From NCBI GenBank assembly GCA_016699245.1, contig CP064968.1, positions 835,042-899,041 of the forward strand: a DNA stretch of 64,000 nucleotides. Direction: 5' to 3'. Source of the DNA: Candidatus Kaiserbacteria bacterium. GTDB taxonomy: Bacteria; Patescibacteriota; Minisyncoccia; Phycocordibacterales; UBA918. Numbering within the stretch: position 1 is the first letter of the stretch; each line of letters begins with the position of its first letter. This document shows, piece after piece, positions 18,087-27,874 of the stretch. Under the pieces are notes generated by a model. The model saw nothing but the letters and a program-made list of their open reading frames with translations, did no database searches and was not told the DNA's origin. The position numbers and the translations under genes were made by a program.

Positions 18087-18653
18087 TTAGAATCCTAAAT
18101 ACTCCATGAGTTTGTGCGAGAAGGGTTCTTCAAGATGTTCTATCGGTAGCCTAGGACCCACAAGACGTTCTATATCATCGACATATTCTTCGGGAAGGGG
18201 AATGATAATGAGTGACATGAAAAGTTTTTTGGATTTAAAAATGACTTGTGGGCCTTGTGAATTATTTTCATCAACGCAATATGATTCGAGGGTGGTGTAT
18301 GGATAGAGTTCATCACCAACACGAATACCACGGGTGAGGATCTCAAAAGGAATAATGCGTGGTGGCTTGTTGCCATTAAGAAAAATTACCATCGCGGCAA
18401 GAAGAATCACTATGCCAAAAAGCGCGTTTCCAAAAATAATACTGGTAACTGAACCAGCAACGGCAATAATGCCAAGTGCCCAAAACCAATCATGAGATTT
18501 TTCAATGTGGGTGTGCTCAGGCGCTTCCCAATAGAGGGTTGATGTATTGTCATTCATGAGATAATTGTAGCATAGCATTTTTTGTGTTTGCATCTTATAC
18601 ACGTATAAAAAACACAGGCATGTGATGCATGCCTGTGGATTATTTTTTTGCAT
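18087..18653 (-). CDS. Hypothetical membrane protein (probable start at internal Met, MNDNTSTLYWEAPEH)
   Basis: Two central transmembrane helices; no known motif. Confidence 0.4.
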   Translation of the reverse strand: MQKNNPQACITCLCFLYVYKMQTQKMLCYNYLMNDNTSTLYWEAPEHTHIEKSHDWFWALGIIAVAGSVTSIIFGNALFGIVILLAAMVIFLNGNKPPRIIPFEILTRGIRVGDELYPYTTLESYCVDENNSQGPQVIFKSKKLFMSLIIIPLPEEYVDDIERLVGPRLPIEHLEEPFSHKLMEYLGF

Positions 18654-19721
18654 CTACGAAGCTGTTTCGTAATGTGAAACCTGGGTAAGTGGATGGTATT
18701 TCATTTTTGTGATATCAGTTATACCTACCAACGTGTCGAGAGACAGCTCGTCTGCAAAGGGTTCAAGTGCTTGTTTTGCTACTATGGCAAAGTATTTTGC
18801 TTTTGCAATTGCAACTCCTCGTTCTGCAGTGTCGACGTACGGAGCGGATATAAGGAGTAGCGCACCACCAGCCTTTAGAGCAGGGTTGCTTTTAAAATTG
18901 TTGAGCACAATCCTACCCGCAACTTCAACTGCCTCACGCCACGTACCGCCCGTATGTCCGTAGGGACCAATAATGAGCGCACGATTAGGGAGATGGAGCC
19001 AGTCAAAACCACGCCCCACACCGATAATGTTTTCGTTGTGGACGAGTTCAAGAACAGGGCGCCCCTCTTTTTTTATGCGTGCAACATGTTCACGATTGTT
19101 GAGTACAAGAGGGAGTAGGTCTCTAAGAATTTCCTCGGGTACCTCTGGGTAGAGTGTACGGAGCCGATGAGTCAACTCTGCATCTGAGAAATTGATACAG
19201 TCTGCAATGGAGAGTTCTTCACCGTTGTTTCCGCACAAAATGAGTGCATCTTCGTCGGTCTCCACACCCACTACAATCGCTGAGATGGCAGAATTATGCA
19301 TGCCAAAAATCTCATCAAACTCATGCTTGAGTGTAAATGCTCCTTCGCGTGATGCCGCAATATTGTACTTGTGTCCCGCACATCCCCGATGGTCGTTGTG
19401 TTCCTTTGAGAAGTGGAACGTGCAGAGTGCGAGTGAGGAATGTCCTTCGCGTGCGACACGCTCCACCGCATCAAGTACCAAACGACCAAGGTATGGGTCA
19501 CCCATGGTGAATATTCCACCAATGTTACGAAAAGGCTTTAAGATACCCATCGGTACACCCGTGATAAGCGGGAGATTAATTCGCCCATCCATGCATTTAA
19601 AGACAAGTATTTGTGTGGGATGCTTACCCGCATGACGAATACGGTCGTAGTACGCACCAGTGGTGTCGAATGCTCTATTGCGCTCTTCGTTGAGACTAAG
19701 AATTTCCGCTTTGAGACCCAT
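18654..19721 (-). CDS. Hypothetical protein with beta-carbonic-anhydrase-like N-terminal motifs
   Basis: CMDGRI...FRNIGG and HRGCAG resemble beta-CA CxDxR / HxxC zinc-ligand motifs. Start set at the ATG at 19719-19721, preceded by GAGAGGA. The upstream extension in the ORF track is judged spurious. Confidence 0.35.
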   Translation of the reverse strand: MGLKAEILSLNEERNRAFDTTGAYYDRIRHAGKHPTQILVFKCMDGRINLPLITGVPMGILKPFRNIGGIFTMGDPYLGRLVLDAVERVAREGHSSLALCTFHFSKEHNDHRGCAGHKYNIAASREGAFTLKHEFDEIFGMHNSAISAIVVGVETDEDALILCGNNGEELSIADCINFSDAELTHRLRTLYPEVPEEILRDLLPLVLNNREHVARIKKEGRPVLELVHNENIIGVGRGFDWLHLPNRALIIGPYGHTGGTWREAVEVAGRIVLNNFKSNPALKAGGALLLISAPYVDTAERGVAIAKAKYFAIVAKQALEPFADELSLDTLVGITDITKMKYHPLTQVSHYETAS

Positions 19722-19910
19722 GATTTTTTCCTCTCGTGTTATTAGATAATGAACTATGTAAAAAGAACTGAATCTCCGTTGAATGTGCAGTAAAACGGAA
19801 CATTCAACGGAGATAATACGTGTAGTTGTACTACAAAATATAAAAATTGTGAAGTACAACAAGATTCATTGTATTCAAGAAGTGATACGTAGAGTCAATC
19901 TTGCATCTTT

Positions 19911-20360
19911 TTGCTATACTCATCGCATATGAAACACTTCAATGTGCGGTGCAGGGGGATTATTCTTCATGAGGGGAAGATGCTTATGGTGCGGCATCCA
20001 CACCATCCTACTGATGTCGTCCTTCCGGGCGGACATTTGGAATTTGGTGAAGACCCTAAGGAATGTATACATAGAGAATTAGTGGAAGAACTCGGTGTGG
20101 TGCCGGTGATTGGGAGACTTCTCTACGTAAATACATTTATGGATAAGGAAGATAGGCAGCCAGTTGAGTTTTTCTTTGAGATTATGAATGGTGATGCGTA
20201 TCTTAACTGCCACCTTCTCACCCGGACCCACGCACACGAACTCGTGGACATTGTGTGGGTAGCACCGACTGACGATGTACATATTTTGCCAGAAGCATTG
20301 GGAGAAGATTTTAGGACACGTGGAGTTCTTGGTGACGAAGTGCGGTTTATGAAGGGGTAG
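19911..20360 (+). CDS. NUDIX hydrolase
   Basis: Nudix box GGHLEFGEDPKECIHRELVEELGV. Confidence 0.8.
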   Translation: MLYSSHMKHFNVRCRGIILHEGKMLMVRHPHHPTDVVLPGGHLEFGEDPKECIHRELVEELGVVPVIGRLLYVNTFMDKEDRQPVEFFFEIMNGDAYLNCHLLTRTHAHELVDIVWVAPTDDVHILPEALGEDFRTRGVLGDEVRFMKG

Positions 20361-20436
20361 TGAGGTACAGAGGAAGAGTAATGAAACACAAAAGGGTCGC
20401 GAGCGAAGCTCGCGACCCTTTTAATATTTGTAATAC

Positions 20437-21768
20437 CTACCATCCCAAATGCTTCATCGCATCCATGACGCGCACAAACCCACCAACATTTGCACCCTTC
20501 ACATAATCAACACGATCACCCTCTTTCCCATATTGGACACAGGTTGCATGAATGCGTTCCATAATGAGACGGAGTTCTGCATCTACTTCATCAGTAGTCC
20601 ACTGCGTGTGTCCTGCATTTTGGCTCATCTCTAGACCAGAGACCGCCACCCCACCCGCATTCACTGCTTTTGAAGGACCAAAAAGAATGCCAGCATGCTG
20701 GAATGTGTGGATTGCCTCAAGTGTGGAAGGCATGTTGGCACCTTCAGCAACAAGGAGTGCACCATTGGCGAGCATTGCTTTCGCATCAGCCTCATCAATT
20801 TCATTTTGTGTTGCTGCGGGCATGTATACCTCTGCAGCAACAGTCTGCCATGGCGTGCCCTCGTGATACTTTACCCCTTCCGGAAGCATGATGTCTTTCA
20901 GTGCCCCTTTGTTTTCCTTATGCTCTTTAACCATATCAATACATTCGCGTGTGAGTCCTTTATCACTATAGAGGTATCCTTCTCGGTCTGAGAGTGTGAG
21001 AGGAAATGCTCCTTCAGTAAGAAGTTTCTCAGCAATATGCGTGGCGACATTGCCAGAACCCGAAACAACAACACGCATATCTTTGAGGTTCTTGCCCGCA
21101 TAAGCGAGCATGTTCTTTACAAAATATACAGCGCCGTACCCCGTTGCTTCAGTACGAATGAATGATCCGCCATACCCCGTACCTTTTCCGGTAAGGGTAC
21201 CGTCGACGCGGTTTTGGAGTCTTTTATACGCGCCATAGAGATAGCCGATTTCACGACCTCCCACACCAATGTCGCCCGCAGGCACATCGGTGTTCGCACC
21301 AATGTACCGAGAAAGTTCAGTCATAAAGGCAACACAGAAACGACGCACCTCCGAGTCACTTTTCCCCTTGGGGTCAAAGTCGCTACCACCCTTACCACCA
21401 CCAAGCGGGAGGCCGGTGAGTGCGTTTTTGAATATTTGTTCAAAACCCAAGAATTTGAGTACGTCCTCATTGACTGAGGAGTCAAAGCGGAGCCCTCCCT
21501 TGTATGGACCCAGAGCAGAATTGAACTGTACACGATACCCAATGTTGGTACGTATTGCTCCGTCATCTCCTTCCCAGACAACTTTAAAGACAATCATACG
21601 TTCGGGGATAGTGAGACGTTCGAGACGAGCGTATATTTCTTCACTCGTGTTCTGTGCGGCGAGGTAGGGAATGACACTGTCAAGAAACTCGGTGAGTGCC
21701 GCACGAAAAAGTGGTTGGTGCGTGTACTTGTCGGTGATGGCGTGTATTGAGTGTTCCATGGTATTCAA
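20437..21768 (-). CDS. gdhA: NADP-specific glutamate dehydrogenase
   Basis: 443 aa with GGGKGGSDFDPKGKSDSEVRRFC and GNVA Rossmann motif; collinear with the Glu/Leu/Phe/Val dehydrogenase family. Confidence 0.95.
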   Translation of the reverse strand: MNTMEHSIHAITDKYTHQPLFRAALTEFLDSVIPYLAAQNTSEEIYARLERLTIPERMIVFKVVWEGDDGAIRTNIGYRVQFNSALGPYKGGLRFDSSVNEDVLKFLGFEQIFKNALTGLPLGGGKGGSDFDPKGKSDSEVRRFCVAFMTELSRYIGANTDVPAGDIGVGGREIGYLYGAYKRLQNRVDGTLTGKGTGYGGSFIRTEATGYGAVYFVKNMLAYAGKNLKDMRVVVSGSGNVATHIAEKLLTEGAFPLTLSDREGYLYSDKGLTRECIDMVKEHKENKGALKDIMLPEGVKYHEGTPWQTVAAEVYMPAATQNEIDEADAKAMLANGALLVAEGANMPSTLEAIHTFQHAGILFGPSKAVNAGGVAVSGLEMSQNAGHTQWTTDEVDAELRLIMERIHATCVQYGKEGDRVDYVKGANVGGFVRVMDAMKHLGW

Positions 21769-21901
21769 GAGTTACCGTTTAAGATATATATGGTATCACG
21801 AAATAGTATTGGGTTTGAAAATGAAAACAATTTCAAGTATGTATATTTGAAACTCATCCACAACATTTTCTAAATAATCATATTGATATCAGAGTTCGAG
21901 G

Positions 21902-21962
21902 TGTATACTACACGCAGACAGAACGCAAAAATCTCCTACGAATGTAGGAGATTTTTGTATTT
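21902..21962. repeat. 61-nt direct repeat, copy 1 (contains a perfect palindromic terminator-like hairpin)
   Basis: tgtatactacacgcagacagaacgcaaaaatctcctacGaatgtaggagatttttgtattt. Identical except for one nt to 25543-25603. Confidence 0.9.
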
Positions 21963-22067
21963 GGGTATTAAAGTAACCTTTTACTGCCATTTGCTCTTTT
22001 TTCTCAACTTCACTCTCTAGCATTTTGTTCGATTCAATATCGGCAGTCTGTTATAATTTTATAATCT

Positions 22068-22727
22068 ATGACAAATCTACATAGTGTTTCGAAATTTGAA
22101 AGGCCTCGTGAAAAATTGGCAAAATATGGTGTTGGAAAATTAACTAACACTGAACTCTTGGCGATATTGCTTCGAACTGGTACGAAAGAATTAAACGTAT
22201 TGAAGTTAGCTCAGGCAATTTTGCGCAAGTTCGAGGATACACAAATTGTTGATCTAACTATTGCAGATTTAAAATCAATTCACGGAATCGGTACGGTAAA
22301 AGCCTGTGAAATAATTGCTTGTTTTGAACTAGGGAAGAGAATGTTGAAAGATAAAAAGTCTACTTTGCTTTTAACCTCACAAGATGTTTGGGAACAAATG
22401 GCTGATATTCGTTCGAGTAAAAAAGAACATTTTGTGGTGTTCTATCTCGATACCAGAAATCAAGAAATCAAACGAGAAATTATTTCTGTAGGTACATTAA
22501 ACGAAAGCCTGGTACATCCTCGAGAAGTATTTGAGAGCGCTATTAAATACAATGCCGCCGCGATAATTGTGGCGCATAACCACCCATCGGGCAGTATTGA
22601 ACCGTCACAAGATGATATTGAAATCACAAAACGCCTGGTTCATGCGGGTAAAATACTCGATATCAGGGTTTTGAGTCATGTGATTGTGACAAATCAAATG
22701 CATGGTATTGTGGAGATAAATAACTAA
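22068..22727 (+). CDS. RadC-like JAB/MPN-domain protein (UPF0758)
   Basis: HhH N-terminus (LTNTELLAILLRTGTKE) and JAMM motif HNHPSGSIEPSQDD. Confidence 0.85.
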   Translation: MTNLHSVSKFERPREKLAKYGVGKLTNTELLAILLRTGTKELNVLKLAQAILRKFEDTQIVDLTIADLKSIHGIGTVKACEIIACFELGKRMLKDKKSTLLLTSQDVWEQMADIRSSKKEHFVVFYLDTRNQEIKREIISVGTLNESLVHPREVFESAIKYNAAAIIVAHNHPSGSIEPSQDDIEITKRLVHAGKILDIRVLSHVIVTNQMHGIVEINN

Positions 22728-22736
22728 CTTTAGTGT

Positions 22737-24182
22737 ATGGGGACCTATGAAACAAAAGAAAGTATTCTTGAACGAGCAGGTCTCGCTATTGATAAAAGCA
22801 TACGAGATTTTATTCCTGTCGAAGAATTGCCGATAATCGAAGCAAAGGTAGCAGAATTAAAAAACAAAGGCTATCTAGGTAACCTAGTAGAGTGGTTTGT
22901 GTTTGGTAAGAAAGCAGATTCACTCAGTCAAGCTGATTTCCATATTGCAGATATTGAGCTAAAAACTACGCCGATTAAGCATAGTACGAAGCATACGTAC
23001 GTTGCAAAAGAACGGCTCGTCTTTTCGATGATTGACTATCAAGCAATCCGATACGAAACTTGGGAGACAAGTTCATTTCTAAAAAAGAACAAGGTAATTT
23101 TACTGATGTTCTATTTATGGATGCAAAGCCAAACAGTTCTTGATTACAAATTCAAATTTGTGCATCTTCTCGATTTACTTGGCGATTTATCAGATGAGGA
23201 TGTTTTACAAATTCAGAAAGACTGGGAATTTATCGTCGCAAAAATTGGAAGGAATGAAGCGCATCTTTTATCTGAGGGTGATACGTATTATCTCGGTGCT
23301 TGTACAAAGGCGGCGAACAGCAGGGTAGTACGGGAGCAGTCGCCGGGTCATGTACCAGCAAAACCACGAGCATTTTCTCTAAAACAACAGTACATAAACT
23401 ACCTGATTCAAACAAAGTTATTACACCGAACTGTTGACGGTGATTCAATTTTCAAAAAGAGTAAAAAAGCCAAAACAGTTGAAGAAGCAGTAAACGCAAA
23501 GTTTGCTCCATATTTTGGTCAAACTGATACGGAGATTTTAAAGAAACTGGAAACAAATATCGGGAAAACCGCTAAGAGTTACAAACGTCTGGTTGTAAAT
23601 AAAATTCTTGGAGTTGATTCAGATAATATTCTGGAACTTGAAAAGGCTAATATAACTCTTCGCGTCATTACGCTTGAAAGCAATGGAACATTAAAGGAAT
23701 CAATTTCGTTTCCGGCTTTTGATTTTAAAGATTTGGTAACTCAGACATGGTATGACGATAAAGAAGAGGTAATGTCTGACTTTCATCTTCAGCTTGAAAC
23801 AAAGAAGTTTTTATTTGTTGTCTTCCAAAAGCAGGAAAATACTGATGATATAGTTTTAAGAAAAACAATGTTTTGGAATTTTCCAATGCAGGATATAGAT
23901 AAGGCTAAAGAAGTCTGGGAGATGACCATCACATTGATAAATGAAGGTAAAATTGTAAGAGAAATAAAGAAAAATAAGAGGGGTGAAGAAATAAGATATA
24001 CCCATTTCCCAGGCTCTTCATTTAACGGTGTTGCGCATGTAAGACCACACGGAAGTACACGAGAAGATATGATTGAATTGCCTGTTGCAGACGAGTTGAC
24101 GGGTATGAAAGAATACACAAAACAATGTTTTTGGTTGAATGCAAGTTATATACAACATGCAATTGAGAAAGATCAAGATTGA
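22737..24182 (+). CDS. Type II restriction endonuclease, Sau3AI/MutH-like (putative GATC specificity)
   Basis: 481 aa (R.Sau3AI is 489 aa). N-terminal MutH-like D...E-x-K motif ADFHIADIELKTTP and a second MutH-like half (DFHLQLETKKF). Immediately upstream of a C5 methyltransferase of M.Sau3AI-like size. Confidence 0.6.
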   Translation: MGTYETKESILERAGLAIDKSIRDFIPVEELPIIEAKVAELKNKGYLGNLVEWFVFGKKADSLSQADFHIADIELKTTPIKHSTKHTYVAKERLVFSMIDYQAIRYETWETSSFLKKNKVILLMFYLWMQSQTVLDYKFKFVHLLDLLGDLSDEDVLQIQKDWEFIVAKIGRNEAHLLSEGDTYYLGACTKAANSRVVREQSPGHVPAKPRAFSLKQQYINYLIQTKLLHRTVDGDSIFKKSKKAKTVEEAVNAKFAPYFGQTDTEILKKLETNIGKTAKSYKRLVVNKILGVDSDNILELEKANITLRVITLESNGTLKESISFPAFDFKDLVTQTWYDDKEEVMSDFHLQLETKKFLFVVFQKQENTDDIVLRKTMFWNFPMQDIDKAKEVWEMTITLINEGKIVREIKKNKRGEEIRYTHFPGSSFNGVAHVRPHGSTREDMIELPVADELTGMKEYTKQCFWLNASYIQHAIEKDQD

Positions 24183-24213
24183 TCATTCTTGTGTTGTTTG
24201 TTAAAATACCCCT

Positions 24214-25479
24214 ATGAAGAAAATTCGTGTTGTTGAGTTATTCGCTGGTGTTGGTGGTTTTCGTCTCGGCTTAGAGGGCTGTGAAGGCAATTCGAAACCG
24301 CATCATGATTTTTTTGAAACTGTCTGGTTTAATCAGTGGGAACCAGCTACTAAACGTCAGTATGCTCATGAAACCTACGTTTCTCGTTTTGGTGAAGCCA
24401 AACACAAACACGAATTCACTAATATCGATGTAGCGCAGGTTACTGATAAAGTCCCAGAGCACGATTTGCTTGTGGGAGGTTTTCCGTGTCAGGACTACTC
24501 GGTTGCAAAGAATCTATCAGCATCGAATGGTCTTGAAGGTAAAAAAGGAGTGCTGTGGTGGTCAATTTACGATATTTTGGTAAAGCAGGACGACAATGCC
24601 CCGCAGTATTTAATGTTAGAGAATGTTGATAGATTGATTAGCTCGCCAGCGAAGCAACGTGGACGTGATTTTGCAGTAATCCTCTCATGTTTAAATGGGC
24701 TCGGGTACACTGTGGAGTGGCGAATTGTAAATGCTGGGGAATATGGTTTTCCGCAACGCCGCCGCCGTATATTTATATTGGGGTATAAGAACGGTTCTGC
24801 TGTGCAAAAAAAGTTTGCCAAAGTTGGTAATGTGGAAAAATGGCTATGTGCATCAGGTCTTACACAAAAAGCTTTTCCAGGTACATCATTGACTGGATTC
24901 AAAACCTTTGAGATTAATCGTGACCCGGCTGAAGTATCAAAGTCATTTAATCTAGAAGACTCTAAAAATTCACCGTTTATGAATTCTGGTGTAGCAGATA
25001 ATTTTATTGTTACAACAATACGAATGTCTCCGATTTTTACGGGTAGGCAAATAGTTTTATCTGATATTCTTATTGATGAAAAGAAAGTGCCTGAAGAATA
25101 CTATATAGACAAAAAAGATTTGGAGAAATGGGTGTATTTGAAAGGTGGAAAAAACGAAAAGAGAAAAGCTAAAAATGGTTTTGAGTTTACGTATTCTGAA
25201 GGTCCGGTTGGTTTCCCTGATGCTCTTAATAAACCATCTCGTACAATTATTACAAGTGAAGGAGGCTCAACCCCATCCCGTTTTAAGCATGTTGTGAAAA
25301 CGAAAAGAGGTTTGCGGCGCCTAACCCCTATTGAACTAGAGAGACTTTGTATGTTTCCAGAAAATCATACCGAAGGAAATACTGATACTCGACGGGCTTT
25401 CTTCATGGGTAATGCGCTCGTAGTTGGTGTAATCGATAGATTAGGCGAAACGTTAATCAGGTTACATACTAAAAAGTAG
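24214..25479 (+). CDS. DNA (cytosine-5)-methyltransferase
   Basis: Motif I FAGVGGFRLGLE, motif IV GGFPCQDYSVAK, ENV motif, and a C-terminal target-recognition region. Confidence 0.9.
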   Translation: MKKIRVVELFAGVGGFRLGLEGCEGNSKPHHDFFETVWFNQWEPATKRQYAHETYVSRFGEAKHKHEFTNIDVAQVTDKVPEHDLLVGGFPCQDYSVAKNLSASNGLEGKKGVLWWSIYDILVKQDDNAPQYLMLENVDRLISSPAKQRGRDFAVILSCLNGLGYTVEWRIVNAGEYGFPQRRRRIFILGYKNGSAVQKKFAKVGNVEKWLCASGLTQKAFPGTSLTGFKTFEINRDPAEVSKSFNLEDSKNSPFMNSGVADNFIVTTIRMSPIFTGRQIVLSDILIDEKKVPEEYYIDKKDLEKWVYLKGGKNEKRKAKNGFEFTYSEGPVGFPDALNKPSRTIITSEGGSTPSRFKHVVKTKRGLRRLTPIELERLCMFPENHTEGNTDTRRAFFMGNALVVGVIDRLGETLIRLHTKK

Positions 25480-25542
25480 AACAAAATTTCATTTACCTGA
25501 TGATTTTCTTGAAATAAGATTCCTTAGGGAATATCTCTTAGA

Positions 25543-25603
25543 TGTATACTACACGCAGACAGAACGCAAAAATCTCCTACAAATGTAGGAGATTTTTGTA
25601 TTT
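25543..25603. repeat. 61-nt direct repeat, copy 2
   Basis: Same sequence as 21902-21962 with one substitution (A for G in the hairpin loop). Confidence 0.9.
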
Positions 25604-25616
25604 ATTCACTCGTTGT

Positions 25617-26321
25617 TTAAATATTTTTCAAAAATTTTTGTCTCTTGCTTTCTTCCATCCGTTCTATTGCGTAGCGTAAAGTAGTGCGAGGTAGGGAGTC
25701 GTAATATGAACGTAAAAACTCTTCGCACAACTGAGTATCTTTTTTCCACACTTCTCGGAGTGTCCAGCCGACAGCCTTCTGAGTCAGATCTTCTGTGTCA
25801 CTCAAAAGTCTCTGGGCAATTTTCAAAGAAGAGTCGAATTTTCCCTCTCGTATGAATGCCATAGTAGAAATAATAGCCACTCGGCGATACCACATATTCT
25901 CTGAGTCAGAGAGTTTGTCTAAGATACTTTCATCTATTATCCCGTTTAGAATTGCATGTCCTAAGATTTTGTACGTAGAGAGATCCACTAAGTCCCAGTT
26001 GTTTATCTGCGTTAGATTCCGGAGATAAAATTTGACTATCCTGAGACGATCCGTATTACTTTTTGCTCGTTCATATTGTGCGACCAAGATGAGGGCTCCC
26101 ACTAGCCTCTCCTCATGAATCGGTGAGTTCAATGCGTCTTGTACCTCAGACAAGGGTACATGTGCAAATTTTTTGACCACGGTACGTGCGTCGGGATTGC
26201 TGACCCCGATGAATTTGTCGCCCTCACCATACTGTCCCTTTCCCGTTTTGAAAAACCATTCATTCGTTTTCTTGCGCGAAGCACTCGCATATTTTTTCAG
26301 TTCTTTCAAAATGGCGCTCAT
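25617..26321 (-). CDS. DNA alkylation repair protein (AlkD-like HEAT-repeat glycosylase family)
   Basis: 234 aa all-helical protein with AlkD/AlkC family signature (WDLVD, WYRRVAIIS, QKAVGWTLRE). Confidence 0.7.
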   Translation of the reverse strand: MSAILKELKKYASASRKKTNEWFFKTGKGQYGEGDKFIGVSNPDARTVVKKFAHVPLSEVQDALNSPIHEERLVGALILVAQYERAKSNTDRLRIVKFYLRNLTQINNWDLVDLSTYKILGHAILNGIIDESILDKLSDSENMWYRRVAIISTMAFIREGKFDSSLKIAQRLLSDTEDLTQKAVGWTLREVWKKDTQLCEEFLRSYYDSLPRTTLRYAIERMEESKRQKFLKNI

Positions 26322-26701
26322 ATAGTTTTCTTTTCCTTTTTCTTCTTTTTCTTTGGCATAGGTAGGTGTGATGCAGTAATCTCTATGAGTTCAGAAAGCC
26401 ACTCTCTGTCATCTATATGGTCTTCATCAATTTTCATAGAGACTTTCGCACCGTTGTACGCATACCCCTCCTTATAATATTTCCCAACAAATTCTTTCCC
26501 CTCATCGGTAATTTTTACATACAGCGTATCATCACAGACTAAGCCAACAACTTTACCATCACAATACAACGCGTATTCCCCGAACATCTTTCGAGCAGAA
26601 ACATCCCCAGCCGAAGCCAGTTGATCTAAAATATAATCTATCGTTGCTTGTTTTGTTGCCATACGTATTTCGTTTACTCCAGTTATGTGCAAGAGGTCCA
26701 A
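26318..26701 (-). CDS. TfoX N-terminal domain protein
   Basis: MFGEYALYCDGKVVGLVCDDTLYVK matches the TfoX_N core. C-terminal poly-Lys tail. Confidence 0.65.
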   Translation of the reverse strand: MDLLHITGVNEIRMATKQATIDYILDQLASAGDVSARKMFGEYALYCDGKVVGLVCDDTLYVKITDEGKEFVGKYYKEGYAYNGAKVSMKIDEDHIDDREWLSELIEITASHLPMPKKKKKKEKKTI

Positions 26702-26829
26702 CCCTATCTTTATTATATATGGGATGTATACATAAAAACTTTGTTTTCACTCACTAGTTAATTGTATCAATTTCGAAGTGTACTTCCATACATCAAAAAC
26801 GAACGCCTAATTAGGCGTTCGTTTACCGG

Positions 26830-26916
26830 CGGAGGGAGAGAGATTCGAACTCTCGGTCCGGTTTCCCGGACTCTTGTTTTCAAGACAAGTGCGATCGACC
26901 ACTCCGCCATCCCTCC
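26830..26916 (-). tRNA. tRNA-Ser (anticodon TGA)
   Basis: Acceptor GGAGGGA/TCCCTCC, anticodon stem CTTGT/ACAAG, loop CTTGAAA, long variable arm, T-loop TTCGAAT, discriminator G. Confidence 0.8.
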
Positions 26917-26997
26917 GTATATATTCAATTTTCTGCCTCACGATAGTACCAGAAAATTCTAGTAAATCAAAATCCTTTTGCATGGTATGCTATTCCC

Positions 26998-27387
26998 ATG
27001 AAATTGATGGGAATAGATTATGGGACGAAGCGGGTGGGTATTGCGCTCACCGATGACAAGGGCATGATGGCGTTTCCGCGTGAGGTGCTCCCGAATGACG
27101 CATCCTTAATGAAGGGAATTGAGCGTATTGTTGCCGAGGAAAAGGTGGGGGTCATCGTGGTCGGGCATTCCCTTGGTCGCGACGGTGCTCCGAATAAAGT
27201 ACACGCGGCAGTGGAGGATTTTATTCAGGACCTCACTTTGCATATTGGGCTACCCGTAGAACTTGAGCCAGAGCACTATACGACGCAAGAAGCGATACGC
27301 TTTCAGGGAAGGAATGAAATGACTGATGCGAGTGCTGCGAGCGTTATTCTTAATAGTTACCTGTTAAAAATAGAAAATAGAAAATAG
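26998..27387 (+). CDS. Putative pre-16S rRNA nuclease / Holliday junction resolvase-like YqgF (RuvX)
   Basis: MKLMGIDYGTKRVGIALTD is the YqgF signature. The last six codons (KIENRK) and the stop lie inside the AAAATAG microsatellite. Confidence 0.85.
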   Translation: MKLMGIDYGTKRVGIALTDDKGMMAFPREVLPNDASLMKGIERIVAEEKVGVIVVGHSLGRDGAPNKVHAAVEDFIQDLTLHIGLPVELEPEHYTTQEAIRFQGRNEMTDASAASVILNSYLLKIENRK

Positions 27388-27415
27388 AAAATAGAAAATA
27401 GAAAATAGAAAATAT
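27367..27415. repeat. Heptanucleotide microsatellite (AAAATAG) x6 plus one degenerate unit
   Basis: Read directly from the sequence. It overlaps the 3' end and stop codon of the YqgF-like gene. The same heptamer array occurs at 61788-61825. Confidence 0.95.
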
Positions 27416-27464
27416 GGAATATATACGATACACACGATCTGTTACTAGTTATAAATAATGCACT

Positions 27465-27809
27465 ATGATTAATTACGATGATTTTGCAAAGGTAGAAATA
27501 CGGATTGGTGAAGTGGTTTCTGTGGAACTTATAGAGGGTGCAGACAAACTTCTCAAGTGTATGGTGGACGTAGGGGACGTAGACGCAGAAGGAAATAAAG
27601 TGCTACGCCAAATCCTTTCGGGTATCCGAGAGTACTTTGAAGACCCGCAGATCCTTGTGGGGAAGAAGTTTCCGTATGTGGTCAACCTCGAGCCACGCAC
27701 GATTCGTGGGTGTGAAAGTCATGGCATGATACTCGCTGCGAGCAATGAAGGTGTGCTTGCGCTTCTAGAACCCACTGCAGATATTCCGGCAGGTACAAAA
27801 ATAAAATAG
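27465..27809 (+). CDS. tRNA-binding domain protein (CsaA/Trbp111-like OB fold)
   Basis: FAKVEIRIGEVVSVE...KKFPYVVNLEPRTIRGCESHGMIL matches the MetRS C-terminal / EMAP-like tRNA-binding domain. Confidence 0.75.
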   Translation: MINYDDFAKVEIRIGEVVSVELIEGADKLLKCMVDVGDVDAEGNKVLRQILSGIREYFEDPQILVGKKFPYVVNLEPRTIRGCESHGMILAASNEGVLALLEPTADIPAGTKIK

Positions 27810-27874
27810 TCGTGTGTGTGGAATGTGTGCGTGATACGCACACCGCACGTGTATAATGAAGGTACATATTTTGT

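Noticed and set aside
27361-27420. CRISPR array
   Set aside because: The repeats are 7-nt units in direct contact with no spacers. This is a microsatellite, not CRISPR. No cas genes are present in the window.
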